This document shows, piece after piece, positions 1-10,854 of a stretch of DNA of 64,000 nucleotides. Source of the DNA: Rhodothermales bacterium (GTDB taxonomy: Bacteria; Bacteroidota; Rhodothermia; Rhodothermales; VXPQ01); NCBI GenBank assembly GCA_951812335.1, contig OX638293.1:1358529-1422528 (forward strand). The letters are read 5' to 3'. A program made the translations under genes and the position numbers. The first letter of the stretch is position 1. Every line of letters starts with the position of its first letter. The notes under the pieces are model-generated. The model had not been told where the DNA came from and ran no database searches. It was given only the letters and a program-made list of their open reading frames with translations.

Positions 1-1161
1 GAAGAGCCCGTGCGCTGGTCAAGGATCGAGAACACGCATGTCTCGGTAGGCATGACGTATTTCGGCGACGGGATCGATGCCAGGGGGGGCAGCGAACTTC
101 GCACCACGAAGTTGAATAGCGCCATCGGAGGCCTGTATCAGAATCTCGAACTCCGGTATGCGAGCGTACCCCAGTGGGGCAGTTATCTGGAACTCGATGT
201 GGCGCCCGGGGGCGGGTTCAGTATTCGCCCGGGGCTGCGTCTCCAGTTTTACAAGGTCCGATTCGAACCGTATATCGAACCCCGGCTGCGCGCGGTGTGG
301 CAGCGCGGGATACATGAGGTAAGCGCTGCCTGGGGTGTCTATCACCAGGAGATTCTGGGCATCAACGACCGCCGGGACGCCGCCAGCGTTTTTACGGTCT
401 GGGCGAATGTCCCCAAAGACAACCCCAATTTGCTGGATGTCTTGCAGGGACGGCCGCAACGGGCTTCCCATGCCCTGCTGGGATACCGTACCCAACCCTT
501 GCGCCAGCTGGAGTTGTCCGTGGAAGGGTATTATCGCAACCTGTCGAATCTTTTCATTCCCGAATGGACGAGTTATCCCCGGCTCACGTCGAAATTGCAA
601 CCGGCTACAGGCCGTTCGGTGGGGGTAGACATTCGCCTGGAGGTGCGCGGGCGGAGATCCTACGGATATATAAACTATGGCCTTTCCTCGACCCAGTATA
701 AGGCGGAAGATGCGTCCATTTTACTCTGGTACGGCGAGGAGACGTTGGATTTTCGCCCGGCTCATGATCGTCGCCACCAGCTTAATATTGTGGCGGTCAC
801 CGAAGTGCTGGGATTCGATGTGAGCGCGCGATGGGATTTCGGATCGGGGCTTCCGTTCAGCCAGGCTATCGGGTTCGACGGTTTTCTTCTCGTGGACGAT
901 GTGGAAAAGGCCGTGGACGCGCCGGCCACGCGCCGGGTCATTTACGAACGGCCGTTCAATGCGTTGTTGCCGAAGTACCACCGCCTGGACCTGTCGGTGG
1001 AGCGGGCTTTCTCTGTCGGACCGATGGAGGTTGCGCTGCTTGCAAGCGCCATCAACACCTACGGTCGTCGCAACATCTTCTACCTCGATATTTTTACGCT
1101 CAAACGTGTCGACCAGCTTCCTTTTGTGCCTTCTCTGGGCATGAAAGTATCCTTCGAATGA
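1..1161 (+). CDS. TonB-dependent receptor, C-terminal part (5' truncated by window edge)
   Basis: Beta-barrel motifs EPRLR, HDRRHQ, GSGLPF, YHRLD and terminal KVSFE; clear paralog of 13567-15855. Confidence 0.85.
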   Translation, partial: EEPVRWSRIENTHVSVGMTYFGDGIDARGGSELRTTKLNSAIGGLYQNLELRYASVPQWGSYLELDVAPGGGFSIRPGLRLQFYKVRFEPYIEPRLRAVWQRGIHEVSAAWGVYHQEILGINDRRDAASVFTVWANVPKDNPNLLDVLQGRPQRASHALLGYRTQPLRQLELSVEGYYRNLSNLFIPEWTSYPRLTSKLQPATGRSVGVDIRLEVRGRRSYGYINYGLSSTQYKAEDASILLWYGEETLDFRPAHDRRHQLNIVAVTEVLGFDVSARWDFGSGLPFSQAIGFDGFLLVDDVEKAVDAPATRRVIYERPFNALLPKYHRLDLSVERAFSVGPMEVALLASAINTYGRRNIFYLDIFTLKRVDQLPFVPSLGMKVSFE

Positions 1162-2117
1162 GCATGTCGCGCAGCATACCGTTCCGTTTCCGGATGATCC
1201 GGCGTTTTGCGCAATCCGCTGCGCCCGTTGCGCTTGCCATGATGGCGTTCCTTGGCCTGAGCGCCTGCGAGGAGGATGTGGTAGCGGTTACGGGGACGGG
1301 TGTGCCGTATTCGATCTATGGCGTGTTGTCGCCGCAACTCGATTCGCAGTGGGTACGGGTTTTTCCGGTGGAGGAGATCCTTGCCCCCGCTGCGCCGGAG
1401 CCGTTGGATGCGCAGGTTGTTTCCATAGATCGTATGACCGGTGAGCGATACGATTGGCGGGATTCCGTCATCATCGATTTTGCAAACCAGTACGCGCACG
1501 TGTACTATGCCCCGTTCCAGGCTCGTTTCGGGCATACCTACGAGATTGCAGTGAGCCGTTCGGACGGCGCGAAATCCTCGGTCGAGGTGACGGTGCCGTC
1601 CGAAGCGGAAATACTTCCGCAGGAGCCGGTTATTCGCCTTGCTTCCGTGGTGCAGCCGGTATTAGTCCGGGGAGATGTGCCCGGTCTCGTACAGGTAGAG
1701 GTTAATTATGCCATAGCGTACAAAGTTGCCAACGAGACGGATATTGAATCGGACCACATCGTCATCCCTTATATCCTTAGACATGAAAAAACGGACGGCG
1801 GCTGGATCGTTCCGATTGACTTGCGCCAGGATTTTCTGGAGGTCGTTTCGAACCTCGCGGACCTGGTCGACATCGGTATCGACCAGCGCGTGGGCGTCAT
1901 TCTGCTGAATGTTACGTTGCGGTTTATCGCCGCCAGCGAAGCTTGGGATCCGCCCGGGGGGGTATTCGATGAGGAAGTGCTGATACAGCCGAACGTGATG
2001 CGGAACGTCCGCAACGGGTTCGGGTTCGTCGGAGCGGGATATCGTCTTCGCAAGCAGTGGCTTCCGCCGGTCGAGGCGGTCGAAGAAGCGGGTTTCCGTT
2101 CACCGGAAGAAAACTGA
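1158..2117 (+). CDS. DUF4249-like outer-membrane lipoprotein partner of the TonB receptor
   Basis: ATG at 1158 overlaps upstream stop (ATGA); lipobox LSA-C; C-terminal NVRNGFGFVGAG motif; paralog of 15865-16968. Confidence 0.7.
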   Translation: MSMSRSIPFRFRMIRRFAQSAAPVALAMMAFLGLSACEEDVVAVTGTGVPYSIYGVLSPQLDSQWVRVFPVEEILAPAAPEPLDAQVVSIDRMTGERYDWRDSVIIDFANQYAHVYYAPFQARFGHTYEIAVSRSDGAKSSVEVTVPSEAEILPQEPVIRLASVVQPVLVRGDVPGLVQVEVNYAIAYKVANETDIESDHIVIPYILRHEKTDGGWIVPIDLRQDFLEVVSNLADLVDIGIDQRVGVILLNVTLRFIAASEAWDPPGGVFDEEVLIQPNVMRNVRNGFGFVGAGYRLRKQWLPPVEAVEEAGFRSPEEN

Positions 2118-2333
2118 ACATTCCCCATCCATACAGCCATCACAGCGTATTGCGGATTGTGAAGTTTTTTGACCGCAAAGCGAAAAAATAAAAATTTCTT
2201 GTTTTTTTCATACAAGAAGTTTAATATCCATACTCTACAGGTGCATGACACGCATTGCATACGTCTGTGCCACTTGCCTGAAACTCCTTCTTTCACGGAT
2301 TTCCACCTAAACCATATCCGGAGGATCCTGCAC

Positions 2334-5300
2334 ATGAGATTCGCAAAGCTACTGTTTGCGCTCGCTCTTTTCCTTCCAGCCTCTGCCTGGGCTCAAACGG
2401 GTAAAATAGCCGGTCAGGTTACGGAGGCCTCTACCGGTGAGGCGTTGCCCGGCGTAAACGTGGCCATTGTGGGTACCACGCAGGGCGCCATAACCGATGG
2501 AGACGGCTACTACTTTATCGTGAACGTGCGTCCCGGATCGTATGATATTCGGGCATCGTTCATCGGATTCGCCCCCGAGGTGTATGAAGCCGTCCGCGTC
2601 AATATCGGCCTGACGACCGAGCTCGACTTCGTTCTGCAGGAAGAAGCAGTAGGCCTCGATGAGGTGGTTGTTACGGATGTGCGGCCTGTCGTGCAACGCG
2701 ACGTGTCGGCCAGTGTGGCGAACATTACGGCCGAAGAAATCGAGAACCTTCCGGTTACCGACATCGAACGGGTCATCGGACTGCAGGCCGGCTTCGAGCG
2801 CGGTCTTACCGTGCGCGGTTTCGGCGGCGATCAGATCCAGTTCATGGTGGACGGCCTGTCGATGTCCAGCGGGCGCGACAACACGCCGTATACGGGCGTG
2901 AGTTACACCTCTGTCCAGGAAGTGCAGGTGCAGACAGGCGGTTTCAATGCGGAATACGGCAATGTGCGTTCGGGGCTTGTTAATGTCGTTACGAAAGAGC
3001 CGGAGCGGAATACGTATTTCGCGGACGCCATTGTGCGCTACAGCCCGATATCGCAAAGAAACTTCCCGGGCGTCGATGTCGAGGGCAATGACGTTGACAT
3101 GTTGAGTTCCGACAACAGTTTCTACCTCCGTCCGCTTTTGGATCCGGATGTGGCGCTTGATGGAACAGGAGCGTGGCCGTCCTGGATGCAGACGGAATAC
3201 TACACGTTTGCGGGATGGAACGCGATAGCGGAGGGCTATAATGGTCGGGAGGGAACCAGTTTTACGGGTCAGCAACTGCGGTCGGTCTTTTTCGATCACT
3301 ACCTGCGGAACGACATATCGGTGTCCGCGCCCGACTACGAAATCGACGCCACCATTGGAGGACCGGTACCGGCGCTGAGTAATCTGCTCGGCGACCTGCG
3401 GTTCACGGCCTCGTTCCGGCAGACCCAGACGGCCTATGCGTTCGGTGGGCATGCGCGGGACGCGTTCAACGAACGCACCAGCCAGGCCAAACTGATCTCG
3501 AACGTTGCCCCCGGCATGAAACTCACGCTCTCCGGCCTGTATGGACAGCAAATGGGGCTCAATCGTAATGAATCAGGGTGGCCCGATCTCACGACGGGCG
3601 ACAGGCTGTATTACCCCTGGCAAAGCTCGGGTCTCCACCAATCGATGTACGGTTGGCAGGACAACGAAGAGATCGATCAATTCGGGGGATACTTCTCGCC
3701 TATGCTGTACAACCTGATGGATATTGATCGCCTGATGCTCGGTGTGCAGTTCACGCACGCGCTGAACGCGAACACCTTCTATGAGATGCAGCTCCAGAAC
3801 GTCACCACCGACTATTATACGCGCACGATCAGAGATCGGAACCTTGAGCCTGATCCGCAGAATTACTCCTATTTGAATGGCGGGATCGTACTCAATGAAG
3901 AGCCTTTCGGCTTCAGCATCAAGGACCAGTTCGATAAAGTGCTGGGCATCCGCACGTCGGGCCACTGGGGCAGCGGGTACGATAATTCGAGCGTAAACCG
4001 CTTCACGGGCCGGTTCGACGTCACCAGTCAGCGCAACCGTTTCCTGTTGGCCAAGGCGGGTGTCGAGTACATCTACTCCGATTACGACACCGATTTCGGC
4101 GAAAACGATCCGGAGCATCCGCACCACACGAATCCCAAGAGGGATTGGCGCCGCAAGCCGCAACAGGCGGCGGCCTATGCCCAGTCCAAGCTTGAATTCC
4201 GGGGCATGATCGCCAACGTGGGCCTGCGGTTGGATTACTTTCACGCGGGCGGAGACTGGTACACATACGACACATACGAGCGTACGTTTTCAGCGGCCAT
4301 CGGGCGGCACCAGATCGACGAACTGCTTGAACAGGAACCTACGGAGCGTCAGCTTGCTCTGAGTCCCCGCCTCGGCATTTCCTTTCCGGTCACGGACGAC
4401 AGCAAGTTGTATTTCAACTACGGCCATTTCCGGAATGCGCTCAACCCCATGAGGCTCTTCAACATCGAGGAAGGATCCGCCGGTGCGCTCGTGAACATCG
4501 GCAATCCCGACCACCCGATGCCGAGAACGGTGGCCTACGAACTGGGTTTCGACCAGAGCCTTTTCGACCAGTACCTGCTGCGCCTGGCCGGGTACTACCG
4601 GGATCTGGGTAACCAGCCGCGCAATGTCCGGTACATCAGCCTCGACGACCTGGTCAGCTATACCACCGCCTTGCCCTGGAATTACGGCGATGTGCGAGGC
4701 TTCGAGTTTACGATCTCAAGGAACCGGGGCGATTGGGTGCGCGGATTCATCAATTACACGTACATGGTGCGCAAGACGGGTAATTTCGGGTTCAGCCAGT
4801 TCGACGAGAACCGCACGGCGCAACAGAACTACGTCACGACCACGTCCGAGCACTACACGAGCAAGCCGATCCCCGAGCCCTTTGCCCGGTTCAATCTCGA
4901 GTTTCTCATGCCGAAACAACTGGGCCCCGAAGTCGGAGGCGCCCACCCGCTTGGCGACTGGCGCGTGAACTTCCTCGGCGAATGGAGGCGGGGAGTGTCC
5001 ATGACCTGGGACGGTCTGAATCTGACCGGTGCTACGGGCAGCGGCCCCCGCGAATTGCAAGGGAATGTTCGCTGGAGAGATTTCTACACGCTCGACATGC
5101 GTTTCAGCAAGAGCTTCAACACCAGTATCGGCTCCGCCCAGCTATTCGTGGATATCACGAACGTGCTCAACCTTCGCCACCTGTACTTTGCGGGCGGCGC
5201 ACTTTTCGGCGCCGGCGACCAGGATCTGACGCGGTATATGGAGTCGCTGCATCTTCCGGAGGACACGATTCCTCTTCCCGATGGTGCTGATCCTGATCCT

Positions 5301-5582
5301 TCCGCCCTCTACGGAGACGACCGGCCGGGTAATTTCCGTGGTCCTGATGTAGCCTATGTGCCCATCATTCAAGGCGCATTGCCTGAGGCCGGCGAAGCGG
5401 GTCCGCTCTATTATGCAGAGGGTAGGTATTACGAGTGGAGGGGCGGTTCCTTTGCGGCTGCGGACCAGGGCAGAGTGGACCAGGTGCTGGACGACAAGGC
5501 ATACATCAACATGCCGAACCGGATGTCCAGCCAGTTCCTGAACCCGCGCAACGTATTCTTCGGCTTGCGGATATCCTTCTGA
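2334..5582 (+). CDS. TonB-dependent receptor with N-terminal carboxypeptidase-regulatory-like domain
   Basis: GGAGG RBS before ATG 2334; signal peptide AWA-Q; GKIAGQV..LPGVNV; plug GGFNAEYGNVRSG; terminal GLRISF. Confidence 0.9.
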   Translation: MRFAKLLFALALFLPASAWAQTGKIAGQVTEASTGEALPGVNVAIVGTTQGAITDGDGYYFIVNVRPGSYDIRASFIGFAPEVYEAVRVNIGLTTELDFVLQEEAVGLDEVVVTDVRPVVQRDVSASVANITAEEIENLPVTDIERVIGLQAGFERGLTVRGFGGDQIQFMVDGLSMSSGRDNTPYTGVSYTSVQEVQVQTGGFNAEYGNVRSGLVNVVTKEPERNTYFADAIVRYSPISQRNFPGVDVEGNDVDMLSSDNSFYLRPLLDPDVALDGTGAWPSWMQTEYYTFAGWNAIAEGYNGREGTSFTGQQLRSVFFDHYLRNDISVSAPDYEIDATIGGPVPALSNLLGDLRFTASFRQTQTAYAFGGHARDAFNERTSQAKLISNVAPGMKLTLSGLYGQQMGLNRNESGWPDLTTGDRLYYPWQSSGLHQSMYGWQDNEEIDQFGGYFSPMLYNLMDIDRLMLGVQFTHALNANTFYEMQLQNVTTDYYTRTIRDRNLEPDPQNYSYLNGGIVLNEEPFGFSIKDQFDKVLGIRTSGHWGSGYDNSSVNRFTGRFDVTSQRNRFLLAKAGVEYIYSDYDTDFGENDPEHPHHTNPKRDWRRKPQQAAAYAQSKLEFRGMIANVGLRLDYFHAGGDWYTYDTYERTFSAAIGRHQIDELLEQEPTERQLALSPRLGISFPVTDDSKLYFNYGHFRNALNPMRLFNIEEGSAGALVNIGNPDHPMPRTVAYELGFDQSLFDQYLLRLAGYYRDLGNQPRNVRYISLDDLVSYTTALPWNYGDVRGFEFTISRNRGDWVRGFINYTYMVRKTGNFGFSQFDENRTAQQNYVTTTSEHYTSKPIPEPFARFNLEFLMPKQLGPEVGGAHPLGDWRVNFLGEWRRGVSMTWDGLNLTGATGSGPRELQGNVRWRDFYTLDMRFSKSFNTSIGSAQLFVDITNVLNLRHLYFAGGALFGAGDQDLTRYMESLHLPEDTIPLPDGADPDPSALYGDDRPGNFRGPDVAYVPIIQGALPEAGEAGPLYYAEGRYYEWRGGSFAAADQGRVDQVLDDKAYINMPNRMSSQFLNPRNVFFGLRISF

Positions 5583-5628
5583 ACATAGCCGGCAACCATT
5601 CCTGACATCCTGAAGACCGAGAGACATT

Positions 5629-7854
5629 ATGCGAATCCTTCAATCCATCCGCACATGGGGATGCATGGCAGCCGGTTTGGCGCTGGTGTTTTCGCTGGCC
5701 GGCCCCATTGAAGAGGCGAAAGCTCAGTGGATCCCCAAATGGCTCAATGTTGGCGATTTCCAGAGTTGGTACCTTTCCGGAGGAGCCAATCCGGAAAGAA
5801 GCAATGTGGTCTGGAATTATCCGGCCATCCGGCCTAATGCGGGCTATAGCCGCTGGAAGGGATTCTGGGTCGGCGCAAAAAACGTGCAGGATGTGGAAGG
5901 TGGGAGGACGTTCCCCATTCGCATTTCGCACACGGGGCCCCGCGCGCCCGGTATCGGTGAGGTGTTCAGTATTTCACATGTCCTGTATTCCCGATACGAA
6001 CCGACGACGGTGCAGGTGGACGGGAACGACACGTTCCTGCAGCCCGTGATCCCCGACCAGATCGATCCCGGCCTGGCGGCCGACCGCATGGTAGTCTCGG
6101 AGATCAATACCTCCATCGGCTTGACGGTGAACCGATCAGCGATGCAGTGGAGCCATCCGGACCACGAAAACTATCACCTTATCGAGTATACGTTTGTCAA
6201 CACGGGCAACCAGGATGGCGACCCCGATATAGAGGCGGAGAATGACCTGGAGGGCGTTTACGTCATGTTCCTCGAACGCCCGACGGGTACCGGCTTTGCG
6301 GGCGCCTGGGGCAACAGCGCCGGTGGAGTAGCCTGGGGGCAGTACACCATGAACGACGCCGTCGGGGACGGCCTCAGCGATTACGGCGTCGATCTTCGCG
6401 CGTCGTTCGCATGGCTGGGCAATGTCAAAGAAGCTACCGGATACCCGGTGAACACGCTCGGCAACCCCTTCTGGGCCAACCACAATTGGAATCCGATACC
6501 TGACGACACATTGGGCCGCCTTGGCAGTCCCTACTTCTCGGGCGTCGTGACCGTTCATGCGGATACGGAGGCGCATGTCGAAGGACAATCTTCGCCCGAT
6601 GACCGGGGGCAACCGAGCATGGTATCGTATTTGAACTCGGATTTCGGTTCTCTCACCAGTACCTCGGATCATAACAACGAGACGAACATGGCCCTGGAGT
6701 ACCAGTGGTTCGAGTGCGGCTCCGCGCCGGTACCCACCGGGGCGGTTGCCGAGCCGGGCACGCCGGAATGCGTTCCACGCAGTTGGCCGACACAGGCACG
6801 ACTCGTTCAAGGTCACACGGCGAGCACCCCCTATGACGAGGATCCCGATTTTGCCAACCAGACAGCTGATCCCACCTTTGGCGGCGGCGCAGGTGGCTTC
6901 GGGTTTGTACAGGCCTTCGGACCCTACGACATCGCCTTTGGCGAGGAGGTGAAGGTCGTCATCGCGGAAGGCATTGCAGGGCTGAGCGACGAAGCGGCGT
7001 GGGACATCGGTCGGGCCTACAAATTGTCCGGCTGGGACGACGCCATGGTGCACGAGTTCGACGCCAACGGTAACGGGATGATCGATCCCGACGAGGCGAT
7101 GACGAAGAACGAGTGGTTTATGACGGCGCGCGATTCGATGTTTCAGACCTTCCAGCGCGCCATCGATAACTACCGGGGAGGGTTAAATGCACCGCACCCG
7201 CCTGCGCCGCCCTCCTCGTTCATCGTGACGTCCGGAACGGATAAAATCAACATCTCGTGGAACGCCTCGCAGTCACCGGCCACGTGGGAACTCTACCGGG
7301 CCCAGAAGCACTACTCCGGGGTCGTGACGGCTCTTGAAGTGGGGTCTGATGGCTTGGCCGTGCCGGATCAGGCGCGTGCGTATGAACTGGTCCAGACCCT
7401 GCCGGGCGGTACGACGAGTTATGACGACACGGATGTGGTGCGGGGTGGCTCCTACTACTACTACCTGCAAGGCGTCGGCAGCGACGGTTCGAGGACCAAT
7501 CGCTACTATGCACAGACCTACAACCCTGCGTTCCTGCGGCGTCCGCCCGGGCAATCGCTGAGCGAGGTGCGCATCGTTCCGAATCCCTATCATATCGGGG
7601 CCGATCCGGCCGTGCGTCTCGATGTGCAGGACCGTATGGCTTTTTACGAGATTCCCGGAGAGTCTCGTATCGAGATATACTCCGAACTGGGCGAGTTGAT
7701 CAGGACCATCGATCACCTTGACGGGAGTGGTGACGAGTTCTGGGATATGACGACCTCTTCGCGGCAGGTGGTTGCGAGCGGCATTTACATTGCCGTCATC
7801 ACTGACCTCGAGACGAACGAGCAAGCTATCCAGAAATTCATCGTCATTCGATAG
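5629..7854 (+). CDS. Secreted protein with FN3-like domain and T9SS type-A-like C-terminal sorting domain
   Basis: Signal peptide AKA-Q; ISW...SYDDTDV..YYYYL FN3 pattern; C-terminal VPNPY...IYSELGELIR...WD...VASGIY...KFIVIR. Confidence 0.75.
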   Translation: MRILQSIRTWGCMAAGLALVFSLAGPIEEAKAQWIPKWLNVGDFQSWYLSGGANPERSNVVWNYPAIRPNAGYSRWKGFWVGAKNVQDVEGGRTFPIRISHTGPRAPGIGEVFSISHVLYSRYEPTTVQVDGNDTFLQPVIPDQIDPGLAADRMVVSEINTSIGLTVNRSAMQWSHPDHENYHLIEYTFVNTGNQDGDPDIEAENDLEGVYVMFLERPTGTGFAGAWGNSAGGVAWGQYTMNDAVGDGLSDYGVDLRASFAWLGNVKEATGYPVNTLGNPFWANHNWNPIPDDTLGRLGSPYFSGVVTVHADTEAHVEGQSSPDDRGQPSMVSYLNSDFGSLTSTSDHNNETNMALEYQWFECGSAPVPTGAVAEPGTPECVPRSWPTQARLVQGHTASTPYDEDPDFANQTADPTFGGGAGGFGFVQAFGPYDIAFGEEVKVVIAEGIAGLSDEAAWDIGRAYKLSGWDDAMVHEFDANGNGMIDPDEAMTKNEWFMTARDSMFQTFQRAIDNYRGGLNAPHPPAPPSSFIVTSGTDKINISWNASQSPATWELYRAQKHYSGVVTALEVGSDGLAVPDQARAYELVQTLPGGTTSYDDTDVVRGGSYYYYLQGVGSDGSRTNRYYAQTYNPAFLRRPPGQSLSEVRIVPNPYHIGADPAVRLDVQDRMAFYEIPGESRIEIYSELGELIRTIDHLDGSGDEFWDMTTSSRQVVASGIYIAVITDLETNEQAIQKFIVIR

Positions 7855-7919
7855 ATATGCGGTCACAGCGGTTTGTACCCGTTGCTTGCCAAACCGAAGC
7901 CTCAAATCGAGGAAATTCA

Positions 7920-8957
7920 ATGACACATTGCAACCATATGAAACGGATCGGCATTCTGGCGCTTCTTCTTTTCCTTGTGCCGGGCGCATTTGCTCAGATT
8001 TCCACGGAGGATGTCGGTACGGACAAACTCGCGCAAACGAGTTTCAAGTTCCTGGAAGTATCCCTCAGTCCCCGTGCTGCGGCCTTGAGCGACGCCATGA
8101 CCGCCGCCGATTTTAATTCGTCGGCCGCCATGTTCTACAATCCGGCGAGTATGGCCCGGCTCGATCATCGGTTCAGCGCGGGTTTAGGGGTCACGAACTG
8201 GATTGCAGACATTACGTACAATGCTGCAAGCGCTGCGGTGAACACGAGTTACGGGGTGTTCGGGGCGTCGCTGATGTTTTCCGACTACGGGAGCGACATC
8301 ATCGGCACGGTGGTCGCGCCCAACGAGAGGGGATATCAGGAGTATAGTGATTTGAAAGTATCCAACCCGAGTCCGTCATCCATGGCGATCGGCTTGGGGT
8401 ACGCTCTGGCGGTGACGGATCGCTTTTCCGTCGGGGGCAATGCGAAGTACGTTTCTCAGGATCTCAGTGCGGCGGTGGTGTCGGCGGACGGAATGACCGA
8501 AGACAACAAGGTTTCCACGACCGCATTCGACTTCGGGATGCTCTACAAGACGGGTTTTCGCAGCCTGAATCTTGCCATGAGCGTACGGAATTTCTCCAGG
8601 GAGCTCCGGTATGTGGACGAGAATTTCGAGTTGCCGCTCACTTTCAATGTGGGCGTATCGATGAATATGCTCGATCTGACTAACATGGATCAGAATATGC
8701 ACGCTTTCCGGTTTTCGCTGGAGGCGGAGCGCCCGCGCGACTTTTCCGAACAGCTTAAGGCGGGCGGTGAGTACACGCTTAGGAACATACTGTCGCTGCG
8801 GGCTGGATATACGTATCCGACCGACGAGCAGAGCATCAGTTTCGGAGGGGGGGTGCAGTACGGCGCCTCGGTTGTCGGTTTCTCGGCGGATTACGCCTAC
8901 ACAGAGTTCGGCGTCTTCGGCGCTGTTCACCGCGTGGGCGTCAGTTTGACCTTCTGA
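7920..8957 (+). CDS. PorV/PorQ family (UPF0164) outer-membrane beta-barrel
   Basis: FLEVSLSPRAAAL...AMFYNPASMA, LRAGY, DYAY...HRVGVSLTF; RBS GAGG before 7920 (alternative start 7938). Confidence 0.8.
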   Translation: MTHCNHMKRIGILALLLFLVPGAFAQISTEDVGTDKLAQTSFKFLEVSLSPRAAALSDAMTAADFNSSAAMFYNPASMARLDHRFSAGLGVTNWIADITYNAASAAVNTSYGVFGASLMFSDYGSDIIGTVVAPNERGYQEYSDLKVSNPSPSSMAIGLGYALAVTDRFSVGGNAKYVSQDLSAAVVSADGMTEDNKVSTTAFDFGMLYKTGFRSLNLAMSVRNFSRELRYVDENFELPLTFNVGVSMNMLDLTNMDQNMHAFRFSLEAERPRDFSEQLKAGGEYTLRNILSLRAGYTYPTDEQSISFGGGVQYGASVVGFSADYAYTEFGVFGAVHRVGVSLTF

Positions 8958-9017
8958 ATGACAACGCACCGGTCTTTGTAACCGCCCCGGGTCTTTTTCG
9001 ATGTTTCTTTTTTCTCG

Positions 9018-10778
9018 ATGACCTTCCCGGCGGTGCGTCTGTGTGAGGACATCCGGGTAGCGATTTTCATCGTGACAGGGGGAGCGATTATCGGTGGATG
9101 CGGAGGAAATGAACAGGGAAATCCGCCCGAGGAGCTTCTGCCCATTGCATTTCATAACGTAGCTCCAGACGCCGGTCTCGGCGATTTCCGGCACGAAAAC
9201 GGAAGCGAAGGCCGTTTCTGGTTTCCCGAACAGATGGGCGCCGGGGGAGGCTTTGTGGATTACGACGGGGACGGCTGGGAAGACATCGCCTTGGTGGGTG
9301 GGGGAAGTCTGTCGCCGACGGGGCCTCCGGACGTACGCGCCCTACGCCTTTTTCGAAACAACCGGGACGGGACGTTTACGGACGTTACCCGCGAAGCAGG
9401 GCTGGACGATGCCCGCGCCTGGGGCACCGGGGTAACCGCTGCCGACTACGACAACGACGGCGATCAGGATATTTTTCTTGCGACCTTCGGAGAAAATCTG
9501 CTTTTCCGCAATGATTCCGGGTCGTCGGGCGCGCGTTTTTTTACAGAGACAGGACGTGCCGCAGGCGTGGCAGGTCCCGCCGGATGGAGCAGTTCACCGC
9601 TGTTTTTCGACGCCGACCGGGACGGACATCTCGACCTCTACGTGCCCGGGTATGCCTTGTGGTCGCTTTCCACCGACATGGAGTGTTTTCGAGCGGACGG
9701 TCGACCGGACTATTGCCGTCCTGCCATGTACCCGGGCGCCCGGAGTTATTTCTACCGTAACAACGGAGACGGTACGTTCACCGAGCGTACGCACGCAAGC
9801 GGTTTTTCGGATACGCCCGGCAAGTCGCTGGCTGTTGCCGAATGGGATTTTAACCAGGACGGCTGGTCCGACCTGGTGGTGGTGAACGATGGGGAGCCGG
9901 ACCTGTTGTACATCAACGACGGACGCGGCGCTTTCACCGAGCAAGGGGTTTCCAGAGGCATTGCCTATGGAGAGCACGGGGAAGCCCGTGCCGGAATGGG
10001 CGTGGATATCGGGATCGTGGATACGACGGGGATGCCGTCTGTTTTCGTGGGTAATTTTTCCAGTGAAATGATCGGGGTATACCGGCGTACGGAGAGCGGA
10101 TGGTTTACGGATCGTGCGGCGGCGTCTCGCATCGGGAGACCCAGTCTGACCACGCTGGCTTTCGGGGTGTTGCTCTTTGATGCCGAACTGGATGGCGATC
10201 TTGACCTGTATGTGGCTAACGGACATGTGTATCTCGATCCCATCGATGGCTCGGCATACAGGCAGCCGCCGCACCTGTTTGTAAACGAGGGGGGCGGAAC
10301 GTGGGTGGATCTGGCCGATTCCATTGGCGGCGTATTCAGGGAGGCTATGGTGGCCCGGGCTGTGGCGAAGGCCGACTACGACCGCGATGGAGATGTGGAC
10401 TTGCTGGTGACCGAAAACAATGGGCCGGCTCGCCTGTTGCGCAACGATTCGTCCGGCGGGGGCAATGTGCTGCGCGTACGCCTCGAAGGGCGTCCGGAGG
10501 ATGGGACGAGCAGCCGCGATGCGCTGGGGGCGCAGGTGACCATCACAGCGGGCGGCGTACGGCAGGTGCGCCGGGTGCGAACAGGTTCCGGGTATCTCTC
10601 GCATTCGGAAAAGACGCTGACATTCGGCTTGGGGTCGGCGGACCGGGTGGATACGCTCACCGTGCGTTGGCCGAACGGCCAGATAGAGAGTCATGCCGGA
10701 TTGGCGGCCAGTCATGAGGTATATTTGCTTGAGGGGCAGGGTATCGTGTCCCGCACTGCATTACCTGTCGTTCCGTAG
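9018..10778 (+). CDS. CRTAC1-like FG-GAP repeat / ASPIC-UnbV lipoprotein
   Basis: Repeated DYDGDGWED, DYDNDGDQD, DADRDGHLD motifs; C-terminal GSGYLSHS...FGLG...VRWPNG. Confidence 0.9.
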   Translation: MTFPAVRLCEDIRVAIFIVTGGAIIGGCGGNEQGNPPEELLPIAFHNVAPDAGLGDFRHENGSEGRFWFPEQMGAGGGFVDYDGDGWEDIALVGGGSLSPTGPPDVRALRLFRNNRDGTFTDVTREAGLDDARAWGTGVTAADYDNDGDQDIFLATFGENLLFRNDSGSSGARFFTETGRAAGVAGPAGWSSSPLFFDADRDGHLDLYVPGYALWSLSTDMECFRADGRPDYCRPAMYPGARSYFYRNNGDGTFTERTHASGFSDTPGKSLAVAEWDFNQDGWSDLVVVNDGEPDLLYINDGRGAFTEQGVSRGIAYGEHGEARAGMGVDIGIVDTTGMPSVFVGNFSSEMIGVYRRTESGWFTDRAAASRIGRPSLTTLAFGVLLFDAELDGDLDLYVANGHVYLDPIDGSAYRQPPHLFVNEGGGTWVDLADSIGGVFREAMVARAVAKADYDRDGDVDLLVTENNGPARLLRNDSSGGGNVLRVRLEGRPEDGTSSRDALGAQVTITAGGVRQVRRVRTGSGYLSHSEKTLTFGLGSADRVDTLTVRWPNGQIESHAGLAASHEVYLLEGQGIVSRTALPVVP

Positions 10779-10854
10779 CGAATCGTCTCCGTACCGCTTG
10801 CGTTTGCATACGCGGCGACCGGGATGCGGCAAAACGATCTTCTGAAGGAGCCTC

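Noticed and set aside
2177-2206. AAAGCGAAAAAA...TTGTTTT similar to 32771-32793
   Set aside because: Low-complexity AT-rich match in opposite orientation relative to the downstream genes; insufficient for a regulatory site
2169-2333. N-terminal extensions in the ORF track (also 12985, 49381, 29026, 62026)
   Set aside because: Upstream of better starts with RBS, signal peptide or coupled stop; some run through the MITE or neighbouring genes
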